Of a stretch of 64,000 nt of DNA, positions 28,660 to 37,184 are shown piece after piece. The position numbers and the translations under genes were made by a program. The DNA is from Brevundimonas sp. GTDB taxonomy: Bacteria; Pseudomonadota; Alphaproteobacteria; Caulobacterales; Caulobacteraceae. The stretch is taken from the NCBI RefSeq assembly GCF_032017145.1, contig NZ_DALZQC010000004.1, forward strand, positions 494 to 64,493. The letters are read 5' to 3'. The notes below the pieces were generated by a model. The model was not told the origin of the DNA and made no database searches. It saw only the letters and a list, made by a program, of their open reading frames with translations. Numbering within the stretch: the first letter of the stretch is position 1; each line of letters starts with the position of its first letter.

Positions 28660-29792
28660 TTGGCCATCTCCCGCGCGATGATCACGCGCATGATCTCGTT
28701 CGTGCCTTCCAGGATGCGGTGGACCCGCAGGTCGCGCACGATCCGTTCCAGCGGATAGTCCTTCAGATAGCCATAGCCGCCGTGCAGTTGCAGCGCCTCG
28801 TCGGCGATCTGGAAACAGGCGTCGGTGGCCAGGCGCTTGGCCATGGCGCACCATTTGGTCTTTTCCGGGTGGTCGTTGTCGATGGCCCAGGCGCCGCGCA
28901 GCACCATCAGCCGCGCCGCCTCCAGATCCGTCGCCATGTCGGCCAGACGGAACTGAAGCGCCTGAAACTCGGCCAGCGGCTTGCCGAACTGTTTGCGCGT
29001 GGCGACGTAGGCTTGCGCCGTCTCCAGCGCCAGCCGCGCCCCGCCCAGCGAACAGGCGGCGATGTTCAGCCGCCCGCCGTCCAGCCCGGCCATGGCGTAG
29101 CGGAAACCCGCCCCCTCTTCGCCCAGCAGATTGGCGACCGGCACGCGGCAGTCGTCGAACTGGACAATGGCGGTCGGTTGGGCGTTCCAGCCCATCTTCT
29201 TTTCCTGCGCGCCGAACGACAGGCCGGGCGTCCCGGCCTCGACCACGATGGCGCTGACGCCTTTCGGGCCCTCCCCGCCCGTACGGACCATGACGACATA
29301 GACGTCCGACGTTCCGGCGCCCGAGATGAAGGCCTTGGACCCATTCAGCACGAAATGATCGCCGTCCCGCACCGCCGTCGTCCGCAGCGCCGCCGCGTCG
29401 GAGCCCGAGCCCGGCTCGGTCAGGCAGTAGGAGGCGATCCTGTCCATCGTCACCAGCGAGGGGACAAACCGTCCCCGCAGATCGTCCGACCCGAAGCGGT
29501 CGATCATGGACGTGGCCATATTGTGGATCGAGATGAAGGCCGCCGTCGCCACGTCGCCGCGCGACAACTCCTCGAAGATCAAGGCCGCCTCGACCCGCCC
29601 CAGGGCCATGCCGCCGTGTTCCTCGCCCGTGTAGATGCCGCAGAACCCCATCTCGGCCGCCTGTTTCATCACATCGACGGGGAAATGCTTCTCCTCGTCC
29701 CAGCGGGCCGAGTGCGGAGCCAGTTCGGCGTCGGCGAAGGCGCGCGCCGCGTCCTGAATAGCGCGCTGGTCGTCGGTAAGGGCGAAATCCAT
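28656..29792 (-). CDS. acyl-CoA dehydrogenase (isobutyryl-CoA dehydrogenase-like)
   Basis: 378 aa; ACAD motifs CLTEPGSGSDAA and QLHGGYGYLKDYPLERIVRDLRVHRILEGTNEIM. Confidence 0.85.
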   Translation of the reverse strand: MDFALTDDQRAIQDAARAFADAELAPHSARWDEEKHFPVDVMKQAAEMGFCGIYTGEEHGGMALGRVEAALIFEELSRGDVATAAFISIHNMATSMIDRFGSDDLRGRFVPSLVTMDRIASYCLTEPGSGSDAAALRTTAVRDGDHFVLNGSKAFISGAGTSDVYVVMVRTGGEGPKGVSAIVVEAGTPGLSFGAQEKKMGWNAQPTAIVQFDDCRVPVANLLGEEGAGFRYAMAGLDGGRLNIAACSLGGARLALETAQAYVATRKQFGKPLAEFQALQFRLADMATDLEAARLMVLRGAWAIDNDHPEKTKWCAMAKRLATDACFQIADEALQLHGGYGYLKDYPLERIVRDLRVHRILEGTNEIMRVIIAREMAK

Positions 29793-29818
29793 ATCTCGTC
29801 ACTCCCCGCCCCTCGCTC

Positions 29819-29920
29819 GTCATCCTCGGGCTTGACCCGAGGATCGGAGGCGGGAGCGTCTGTGCGTCCGCGTCATCGCACAAGCGGCGGACAACCGGCA
29901 CTCGGGTCAAGCCCGAGGGC
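29819..29920. repeat. REP-pair element (GTCATCCTCGGGCTTGACCCGAGGATC plus inverted copy)
   Basis: Hairpin TCCTCGGGcttgaCCCGAGGA (29823-29843) and an inverted-orientation core CTCGGGTCAAGCCCGAG (29901-29917). Same 27-nt architecture as 17396-17422. Confidence 0.6.
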
Positions 29921-29933
29921 GACGGCGTTGGGA

Positions 29934-31436
29934 TCAGCGCATCGTCGGAATGACGAACGAACTGTCCGAATGCTCCAGCGCCGAGTCCGGCCAGCGGGCG
30001 GTGACGGTCTTGGTCTTGGTCCAGAAGCGGACGCCCTCCATGCCGTGCTGGTTGATGTCGCCGAAGGCCGACCGCTTCCACCCGCCGAAGGTGTGATAGG
30101 CGACCGGCACCGGGATCGGCACATTGATCCCGACCATGCCGACATTGACCCGGGCGGCGAAGTCGCGGGCTGCGCGGCCGTTCTGGGTGAAGATGGCGAC
30201 GCCGTTGCCGTACTGATGGTTGGACGGCAGGGCCAGCGCCTCCTCGAACGTCTCCGCGCGCACGATCTGCAAGACCGGTCCGAAGATTTCCTCCTGATAG
30301 GAAGACATCTCGGGCTTCACATGGTCGAACAGCGACGGACCGATAAAATAGCCCTTCTCGTGGCCCTGCAGGCTGAAGTCGCGGCCGTCAACGACCAGTT
30401 CGGCGCCTTCCTGCACGCCCTTCTCGATCCACCCCGCGATGCGGTCGCGGTGCTGGGCGGTGACGACGGGCCCGTAGTGTGCGCCCGCATCGGTCGAGAC
30501 GCCGACCCGCATCGACGGGATCTCGGCGACCATCCGCTCACGCAGTTCGTCCGCCGTCTTCTGGCCGACCGGCACCACGACCGGCAGCGCCATGCAGCGT
30601 TCGCCCGCCGAGCCATAGGCCGCGCCCGACAGGTCCTTGATCACCTGATCCATATCGGCGTCGGGCAGGACGATGCCGTGGTTCTTGGCGCCGCCCATCG
30701 CCTGGACGCGCTTATGGTTGGCGGCGCCCGTCTGATAGACATAGTGGGCGATGTCGGACGAGCCGACGAAGCTGACGGCGTGAACCAGCGGATGGGTCAG
30801 GATGGCGTCCACCGCCGTCTTGTCGCCATGCACCACGTTCAGCACGCCGTTGGGCGCCCCGGCCTCCAGCATCAGTTCGGCCAGACGCACCGGGACCGAC
30901 GGATCGCGCTCGGACGGCTTCAGCACGAAGGTGTTGCCCACCGCGATGGCCACGCCGAACATCCACATCGGGATCATGGCCGGGAAGTTGAACGGGGTGA
31001 TGCCCGCCACAACGCCCAGCGGCTGGCGCATCGAATAGACGTCGATGCCCGGCCCGGCACCATAGGTGTATTCGCCCTTCAAGGCGTGCGGGATGCCGCA
31101 GGCGAACTCGATCACCTCCAGGCCGCGCTGGATGTCGCCCTTGGAGTCGGCGATGACCTTGCCATGCTCGCTGGACAGCAGTTCGGCCAGATCGTTCATA
31201 TTCGCCTCGACCAGGCGTTTGAACTCGAACATCACGCGGGCGCGGCGTTGCGGATTGGTCGAGGCCCAGCCTTCGAAAGCGTTCTGCGCCGCCTGAACCG
31301 CCCGATCGACCTCGCCGGTGGTGGCCAGTTGCACGCGCGCCTGAACCTCGCCCGTGTTGGGGTTGAACACGTCGCCGAACCGGCCCGACGCGCCGTCAAA
31401 GGCCGCGCCGTCGATGAAGTGGCGGATGTCGCGCAT
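29934..31436 (-). CDS. mmsA: CoA-acylating methylmalonate-semialdehyde dehydrogenase
   Basis: 500 aa ALDH; FVLKPSERDP, GERCMA catalytic Cys, MmsA-type length and context. Confidence 0.9.
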   Translation of the reverse strand: MRDIRHFIDGAAFDGASGRFGDVFNPNTGEVQARVQLATTGEVDRAVQAAQNAFEGWASTNPQRRARVMFEFKRLVEANMNDLAELLSSEHGKVIADSKGDIQRGLEVIEFACGIPHALKGEYTYGAGPGIDVYSMRQPLGVVAGITPFNFPAMIPMWMFGVAIAVGNTFVLKPSERDPSVPVRLAELMLEAGAPNGVLNVVHGDKTAVDAILTHPLVHAVSFVGSSDIAHYVYQTGAANHKRVQAMGGAKNHGIVLPDADMDQVIKDLSGAAYGSAGERCMALPVVVPVGQKTADELRERMVAEIPSMRVGVSTDAGAHYGPVVTAQHRDRIAGWIEKGVQEGAELVVDGRDFSLQGHEKGYFIGPSLFDHVKPEMSSYQEEIFGPVLQIVRAETFEEALALPSNHQYGNGVAIFTQNGRAARDFAARVNVGMVGINVPIPVPVAYHTFGGWKRSAFGDINQHGMEGVRFWTKTKTVTARWPDSALEHSDSSFVIPTMR

Positions 31437-31510
31437 GCGAGGTCTCCCGTGGTGATTATTCTTGTGTCGCCCTTGCTAGCATCGCCTCGCGAGGGTCGAT
31501 AATGCGAAGT

Positions 31511-31528
31511 TGCAGGAACCGATCTGCA
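31511..31528. promoter_or_regulatory. inverted repeat TGCAG-N8-CTGCA in the mmsA/LysR divergent region (possible LysR box)
   Basis: Seen directly; sits 8 bp upstream of the LysR start inside the 99-bp divergent spacer. Function is inferred only. Confidence 0.3.
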
Positions 31529-31535
31529 TTTTTGC

Positions 31536-32438
31536 ATGGACAAGGTCATGTTCGACTGGGACGATCTGCGCATCTTCGTCGCGGCCGCCCGCGCCGGCTC
31601 GCTGGGCGGCGCGGCGCAACGGCTGGGGGTGGATGCGGCGACGGTCGGGCGGCGCGTCGCCCGGCTGGAAAGCGCGCTGAAATCGACGCTGGTGGTGCGC
31701 TCCACCACCGGCCTGCACCTGACGGCGGCGGGCGCCCAGCTTCTGGACATCGGACTGGAGGCCGAGGGGGCGATGGAGGCGGTGGCGCGCGTCACCCAGC
31801 CCGACACATTGGCCGGCGTGGTTCGCATCAGCGCCTCCGAAGGGTTCGGCGTCACCCTGATGGCGCCCGCGCTGGCCGCCTTGCGTCGCGCCAGTCCCAG
31901 GCTTCGGATCGAACTGGCCGCCAACGCCGGCTTCCTGTCGCCCAGCCGCCGCGAGGTGGACATGGCCATCACCCTGGCGGCGCCCGATGCGGCGCGGCTG
32001 ATCGTGGAGCCGCTGACGCCCTATCAACTGGCGCTGTACGCCGCGCCCGACTATGTGGCCCGCCATGGCGCGCCCAATACGGTCGAGGCTTTGAGCGACT
32101 TCGACATCGTCGGCTATATCGACGATCTGATCTATGCGCCCGAGCTTCGCTATCTGGACGAGATCAGGCCCGGCCTGACGCCGCACCTGGGGTCGTCCTC
32201 GATACGCGCCCAGAAGGAGATTATCGCCGCCGGCGGCGGGATCGGCGTCCTGCCGTGTTTCATGGCCACGGGGCTGCAGCGCGTGGTCCCCGACGTGCTG
32301 ATCGAGCGGCGCTTCTGGCTGGCCACCCACCGCGAGGTTCACGACACCGCGCGCCTGCGCACCGTCCGAACCTGGCTGAAGACGCTGTGCGCCGGCCACC
32401 GCGACCGGTTGCGCCCCTTCGCGACGCCCTCGGCGTGA
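31536..32438 (+). CDS. LysR-family transcriptional regulator
   Basis: DDLRIFVAAARAGSLGGAAQRLGVDAATVGRRVARLE HTH; divergent from the mmsA operon. Confidence 0.85.
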   Translation: MDKVMFDWDDLRIFVAAARAGSLGGAAQRLGVDAATVGRRVARLESALKSTLVVRSTTGLHLTAAGAQLLDIGLEAEGAMEAVARVTQPDTLAGVVRISASEGFGVTLMAPALAALRRASPRLRIELAANAGFLSPSRREVDMAITLAAPDAARLIVEPLTPYQLALYAAPDYVARHGAPNTVEALSDFDIVGYIDDLIYAPELRYLDEIRPGLTPHLGSSSIRAQKEIIAAGGGIGVLPCFMATGLQRVVPDVLIERRFWLATHREVHDTARLRTVRTWLKTLCAGHRDRLRPFATPSA

Positions 32439-32537
32439 CGCCGCCTGTGTTTCGGACGACACGACCGGAACACAGTTCGTCGGGCGATGGAACATCGGCC
32501 GCAGTCAAATCTTAATAGGGCGTAAGCGAGACACGCC

Positions 32538-32864
32538 ATGACCCTGATCCTCGGCCTGACCCTGATGACCACCCTGCTCGGCGCACCCGCCGACGCTCTG
32601 CCGCGCGAGCGCGCCGACTTCAGGCCGGCGCAGGTGCAGAAGGCGTCGGTTGCGCCCCAGGACCATTTCAGCGTGCGTCTGCGTTGCACCGCCTTGGCGT
32701 CCGGTCATGTCACCGACTGCGTGGTTCTGGAAGAGACCAAGCCCGGCTATGGCTTTGGCGAAGCGGCCCTGGCCCTGATGAACGATGCACAGGTCACGCC
32801 GATCACCGAACAGGGCCGCGCGGTCGACGCCCAGTTCGAACGCACGATCGATTTCACGCCGTAA
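32538..32864 (+). CDS. small secreted TonB C-terminal-domain-like protein
   Basis: Signal peptide; ...GHVTDCVVLEETKPGYGFGEAALALM...TP resembles the TonB_C fold signature. Confidence 0.5.
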   Translation: MTLILGLTLMTTLLGAPADALPRERADFRPAQVQKASVAPQDHFSVRLRCTALASGHVTDCVVLEETKPGYGFGEAALALMNDAQVTPITEQGRAVDAQFERTIDFTP

Positions 32865-33249
32865 CGGGCCGTTCGAACGCCTTCAGAATGGGACACGGTC
32901 CCTCTTCGTTGCGCGCGCAGTCGGAGGCCAGGCGCTGAAGCGCAGCCCGCGCCGCCTGCAGGTCCGCGATCTGGCGATCCAGTTCCCCGATGCGCGCCGT
33001 CGCCATGGCCCGGACCGTGGTCCGGTCCGTGCCTGAATCCAGCGTCAGCAGTTCGCCGATCTGCGCCAGGGTGAACCCCGCCGTCTGGGCTTGGCGGATA
33101 AAGCGCAGCCGGTCCGCATCGGCCGCCCCATAGCGCCGTGTCGTCCCTTCGCCCGCTGGGGTCTCCAGCAGGCCGCGCCGCTGATAATAGCGGATCGTCT
33201 CCACCCCGACCGCCCCGGCCTTGGCCAGTCCGCCGATCGTCATCGCCAT
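32854..33249 (-). CDS. MerR-family metal-responsive regulator, CueR/HmrR-like
   Basis: MTIGGLAKAGAVGVETIRYYQRRGLL HTH; C-terminal C-X7-C-P (CARNEEGPCP) as in Cu(I)-sensing CueR; divergent from the copper genes. Confidence 0.75.
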   Translation of the reverse strand: MAMTIGGLAKAGAVGVETIRYYQRRGLLETPAGEGTTRRYGAADADRLRFIRQAQTAGFTLAQIGELLTLDSGTDRTTVRAMATARIGELDRQIADLQAARAALQRLASDCARNEEGPCPILKAFERPVTA

Positions 33250-33252
33250 CGC

Positions 33253-33284
33253 TTGACTCCGTACCATGGTACAGACCCTACAGG
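33253..33284 (+). promoter_or_regulatory. MerR-type promoter: TTGACT, 19-20-bp spacer containing dyad GTACCATGGTAC, weak -10
   Basis: TTGACT 33253-33258, perfect 12-bp palindrome 33261-33272, CTACAGG 33278-33284. The over-long spacer is the MerR-family hallmark. Confidence 0.5.
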
Positions 33285-33319
33285 GGGTGCAGCCCGTTGT
33301 CAGCCCGTCTGGATCTTCG

Positions 33320-34066
33320 ATGCCGCAACCCGAAAAGACCGCCACCCTTTATCGAATGGTCATGCCGGAACACGTCTGCCCGTATGGCCGGAAATCGCTG
33401 TGGCTGCTGAAACGCAAGGGCTACCGGGTCGATGACCGACATCTGACGAGCCGCGCCGCGACCGACGCCTTCAAGGCCCGGCACGACGTCAAGACCACGC
33501 CCCAGACCTTCATCGATGGCCAGCGCATCGGCGGGCATGACGACCTGCGCCGCTTCTTCGGCCAGAAAGTCCCCGCGCCGGGCCAGACCAGCTATACGCC
33601 CGTCCTCGCCGTGTTCGCCGTCGCCCTGCTGATCGCCGCCGCCATCGCCTGGCTGCGGTTCGGAACCCTGGCCAGCGTGTCGATCCTGCCCAACTTCATC
33701 GCCACGGCCATGTGCCTGCTGGCCATGCTGAAGCTGCAGGACGTCGAGAAATTCTCGACCATGTTCCTGAACTACGACCTTTTGGCCCAGAAATGGCCGG
33801 GCTACGGCTATGTCTATCCGTTCGCGGAGCTGGGCGCGGGCGTGCTGATGCTGGCCGGCGCCCTGACCTGGCTGTCGGCGCCGGTCGCCCTGGTCATCGG
33901 CGGCGTGGGCGCCGTCTCGGTGTTCAAGGCCGTCTATATCGACAAGCGAGAGCTGAAATGCGCCTGCGTCGGCGGGGCGTCCAACGTGCCGCTCGGCTTC
34001 GTCAGCCTGACCGAGAACCTGATGATGATCGCCATGGCCGCCGCCATGCTGGTGATGGCCGTCTGA
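33320..34066 (+). CDS. glutaredoxin-like domain fused to a MauE/DoxX-type membrane domain
   Basis: TLYRMVMPEHVCPYGRK ... TPQTFIDGQRIGG (Grx fold, CPYG), then 4 TM helices and the KCACVGG motif typical of MauE-like proteins. Confidence 0.65.
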   Translation: MPQPEKTATLYRMVMPEHVCPYGRKSLWLLKRKGYRVDDRHLTSRAATDAFKARHDVKTTPQTFIDGQRIGGHDDLRRFFGQKVPAPGQTSYTPVLAVFAVALLIAAAIAWLRFGTLASVSILPNFIATAMCLLAMLKLQDVEKFSTMFLNYDLLAQKWPGYGYVYPFAELGAGVLMLAGALTWLSAPVALVIGGVGAVSVFKAVYIDKRELKCACVGGASNVPLGFVSLTENLMMIAMAAAMLVMAV

Positions 34067-34091
34067 TGCACGGCCAAGGACGGATGAACGC

Positions 34092-35819
34092 ATGACCCAG
34101 TTCCCCCTCGACCGCCGCAGCCTGTTGCGAGGCGTCGCGGCCGGCGGCGGCCTGATGGCCTTGCAGGCCGCCCTGCCCGCCTGGGCCCAGAGCGGATCGT
34201 CCGGCCTGCCGACCCTGAACGGCCCCAACATCGACCTGACCGTGGGCCATTCGCCGTTCACCGTGGGCGGTCGCACGGGCCATGCCGTGACCGTCAACGG
34301 AACCCTGCCCGCGCCGCTGATCCGGTTGCGCGAAGGCCAGAACGCGCGGCTGACCGTCACCAACACCCTGGACGAAGACACCTCGATCCACTGGCACGGC
34401 CTGCTGCTGCCCTTCCAGATGGACGGGGTGCCTGGCATCAGCTTTCCCGGCATCAAGGCCGGCGAAACCTTCGTCTATGAGTTTCCGGTCATCCAGTCGG
34501 GCACCTATTGGTATCACAGCCATTCCAACCTGCAGGAGGCGATGGGCCACTACGGCCCCCTCGTCATCGACCCGGCGGGGCCCGATCCGGTCGCCTATGA
34601 TCGCGAACACGTGCTGGTCCTGTCGGACTGGAGCTTCCTGCATCCGCACCAGATCCTGGACAAGCTGAAGAAGAGCCCCGGCTATTTCAACCGCCAGCGC
34701 ACCACCCTGGCCGGCCTGATCGACGGGTCGGACCGGATGGGCCTCGAGGAGCGGCGGATGTGGGGTTCGATGCGAATGGACCCGCGCGACATCCTGGACG
34801 TCAACGGCTCGACCTACACCTATCTGATCAATGGCCACGGCCCCGAGGAGAACTGGACCGGCCTGTTCCGCCCCGGCGAGCGGGTGCGTCTGCGCATCAT
34901 CAACGCCTCGGCCATGTCGATCTTCAACGTCCGCATTCCCGGACTGCCCATGACCGTGGTCAGCGCCGACGGCGAGAATGTGCGCCCGATCGAGACCGAC
35001 GAGTTCCAGATTTCCGTCGCCGAAACCTATGACGTGATCGTCCGTCCGACCGAGGACCGCGCCTACACCATCGTGTCCGAAGCCATCGACCGATCCGGCA
35101 TGGGCCGCGCCACACTTGCGCCCCGCCTGGGCATGACGGCCGAGGTTCCGCCGCTGAGACCCGTGCCGAACCTGACCCTGCGCGACATGGGGATGGGCGG
35201 CATGGGCGGCATGGATCACGGCGCGATGGATCATGGCTCCATGGATCATGGCGGCATGTCCATGCGCGATCCGTCCAAGGCGCCGCCGGGCATGGCGGTG
35301 GGCGTCGGGGTAGACATGATCTCGCCCGCTCCTGCCGACCGGCTGGGCGAGCGGCCGCTGGGGCTTCAGGACGCGCCGCACCGCGTGCTGGTCTATACCG
35401 ATCTGGTTTCGCTGAACCCCAACACGGACCGCCGCCCGCCGTCGCGCAGCCTGGAAATCCACCTGACCGGCAATATGGAGCGGTTCATGTGGGGTTTCGA
35501 CGGGCGCAAATTCTCCGAACTGGTCGAGCCGATCCGGTTCGAGCGCAACGAGCGGGTGCGCGTGACCCTGGTCAACGACACCATGATGTCCCACCCCATC
35601 CATCTGCACGGCCATTTCTTCGAACTGGTCACGGGCGGGCCAGCCGGCCATCAGCCTTCTAAGCACACGGTCAATGTCGCGCCGGGATCGAAGGTCACCT
35701 TCGACCTGACCGCCGATGCGCCGGGCGACTGGGCCTTCCACTGTCACCTGCTGATGCACATGCACGCGGGCATGTTCAACGTCGTGACCGTGCGCCCGCT
35801 GCATGGAGGCGCCGCATGA
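34092..35819 (+). CDS. copA: copper-resistance multicopper oxidase CopA
   Basis: Tat signal DRRSLLRGVAAGGG; HWHG, WYHSH, HPIHLHGH, HCHLLMHMHAGM copper sites; Met/His-rich MGGMGGMDHGAMDHGSMDHGGM loop. Confidence 0.9.
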   Translation: MTQFPLDRRSLLRGVAAGGGLMALQAALPAWAQSGSSGLPTLNGPNIDLTVGHSPFTVGGRTGHAVTVNGTLPAPLIRLREGQNARLTVTNTLDEDTSIHWHGLLLPFQMDGVPGISFPGIKAGETFVYEFPVIQSGTYWYHSHSNLQEAMGHYGPLVIDPAGPDPVAYDREHVLVLSDWSFLHPHQILDKLKKSPGYFNRQRTTLAGLIDGSDRMGLEERRMWGSMRMDPRDILDVNGSTYTYLINGHGPEENWTGLFRPGERVRLRIINASAMSIFNVRIPGLPMTVVSADGENVRPIETDEFQISVAETYDVIVRPTEDRAYTIVSEAIDRSGMGRATLAPRLGMTAEVPPLRPVPNLTLRDMGMGGMGGMDHGAMDHGSMDHGGMSMRDPSKAPPGMAVGVGVDMISPAPADRLGERPLGLQDAPHRVLVYTDLVSLNPNTDRRPPSRSLEIHLTGNMERFMWGFDGRKFSELVEPIRFERNERVRVTLVNDTMMSHPIHLHGHFFELVTGGPAGHQPSKHTVNVAPGSKVTFDLTADAPGDWAFHCHLLMHMHAGMFNVVTVRPLHGGAA

Positions 35820-36865
35820 GCCGCCTTTTCCTGACCCTGACGCCCCTGCTGCTGGCGGCCGGCCTCGCACAGGCCCAGTCCGTCGATCCCCATGCCGGCC
35901 ATCACCAGGCGCAGCCGGCGCGGGCCGCCACACCGACCGTTGATCCGCACGCGGGCCATGCGATGCCCCCTTCCGTCGATCCTCATGCGGGACACGACAT
36001 GGGCAGGATGGATGCTCAGCCGGCGGACCCGCACGCCGGCCATGACATGAGCACGATGGGCGCGACAGCCGATCCCCACGCGGGTCACGACATGGGCGGC
36101 ATGAGCATGGCTGCGCCCAGCGCGCCGCCGCCCCCCGCCGCCCTGTCCGGCCCCGCCCATGCCGCCGACACCGTCTTCGGCGCCCAGGCCATGGCCGCCT
36201 CGCGACGCCTGCTGATCGCCGAGAACGGCGACGTTCGCACGACCGCCGTCGTCATCGACCGGCTTGAGGCCGGCTTTGGCGACGGCGCCGACGCCTATCT
36301 GTGGGACGCCCAGGGCTGGACCGGCGGCGACATCCATCGCTTCTGGTGGAAGACCGAGGGCGAAGGCGACCTGCACGGCCGTCTGCACGAGGCGGAAATC
36401 CAGGCCCTGTACAGCCGCGCCATATCGCCCTTCTGGAACCTGCAGGCGGGGGTGCGCCAGGATCTTCGCCCGGATGGACCGGATGCGACCCACGCCGTGC
36501 TGGGGGTCCAGGGACTGGCGCCCCATTGGTGGGAGATCGACGCCGCCGCCTTCTTGTCCACCAGCGGCGACCTGACCGCCAAGGTCGAGGCCGAATACGA
36601 TCAGCGCATCACCCAGCGGCTGATCCTGCAGCCGCGTGTAGAGGCCGCCCTGTCCGCCCGCGACGCGCCGGACCTGGATCTGGGTTCGGGCCTGTCTTCG
36701 ATCCAGGCGGGCCTACGCCTGCGCTATGAATTCACGCGCGAGTTCGCCCCCTACGTCGGGGTCGAATGGACCCGCGCCCTGGGATCGACCGCTGACCTGA
36801 TCGCGGCGCGCGGCGACGAACCGGATAAGACCCAGGTCGTCGTGGGCCTGAAAACCTGGTTCTGA
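35816..36865 (+). CDS. copB: copper-resistance outer-membrane protein CopB
   Basis: ATGA overlap with copA; five DPHAGH repeats; C-terminal beta-barrel ending ...VVGLKTWF. Confidence 0.85.
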   Translation: MSRLFLTLTPLLLAAGLAQAQSVDPHAGHHQAQPARAATPTVDPHAGHAMPPSVDPHAGHDMGRMDAQPADPHAGHDMSTMGATADPHAGHDMGGMSMAAPSAPPPPAALSGPAHAADTVFGAQAMAASRRLLIAENGDVRTTAVVIDRLEAGFGDGADAYLWDAQGWTGGDIHRFWWKTEGEGDLHGRLHEAEIQALYSRAISPFWNLQAGVRQDLRPDGPDATHAVLGVQGLAPHWWEIDAAAFLSTSGDLTAKVEAEYDQRITQRLILQPRVEAALSARDAPDLDLGSGLSSIQAGLRLRYEFTREFAPYVGVEWTRALGSTADLIAARGDEPDKTQVVVGLKTWF

Positions 36866-36878
36866 AGGGCAGAGCGGC

Positions 36879-37184
36879 TCAGGCCAGCATCAGGGGCGCG
36901 GTCTGAAACAGCACGCCGACGCCCGCGATGACGCCCCCGGCCACCGCCATCCGCAGGCCGAAGGCGCGGGTGTCGTCCGGCTCGGCCCGGCGAAGCTGGG
37001 ACGCCGCGCGCCAGGCCACGGCGGCGATGGCGGCGAGACACGCCAGGCTGAAGACCAGGCCGATGACCTTGCCGCCCGCCGCGTCGCGCCACGCCACGTC
37101 CGCGAAACTGGCCAGCAGATAGAGCCCCAGGAAATGCACGGCCCAAATCATCAGGCCGCCTAAAGTCACGAACCAGAACCTCAC
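36879..37184 (-). CDS. small 3-TM membrane protein, translationally coupled to oxidase subunit I
   Basis: GTG 37184 in a GTGA overlap with the subunit I stop; about 101 aa and hydrophobic. The rest of ORF 36879..37436 overlaps the subunit I gene. Confidence 0.45.
   Translation of the reverse strand: MRFWFVTLGGLMIWAVHFLGLYLLASFADVAWRDAAGGKVIGLVFSLACLAAIAAVAWRAASQLRRAEPDDTRAFGLRMAVAGGVIAGVGVLFQTAPLMLA

Noticed and set aside
27610-30081. 823-aa ORF, and similarly the 1115-aa ORF 37181..40528, 43343..44605, 41788..42879 and 18340..19752, looking like giant or fused proteins.
   Set aside because: Only the C-terminal parts are protein-like. The N-terminal parts are out-of-frame read-through over the upstream gene. 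Internal ATG/GTG starts in ATGA/GTGA overlap with the upstream stop give normal-length products.
35870-36110. Five-fold tandem repeat at protein level (V/A)DPHAGH, plus the MDHG repeats in 35200-35260.
   Set aside because: These are explained as the Met/His-rich metal-binding motifs typical of CopB and CopA, not an independent repeat element.
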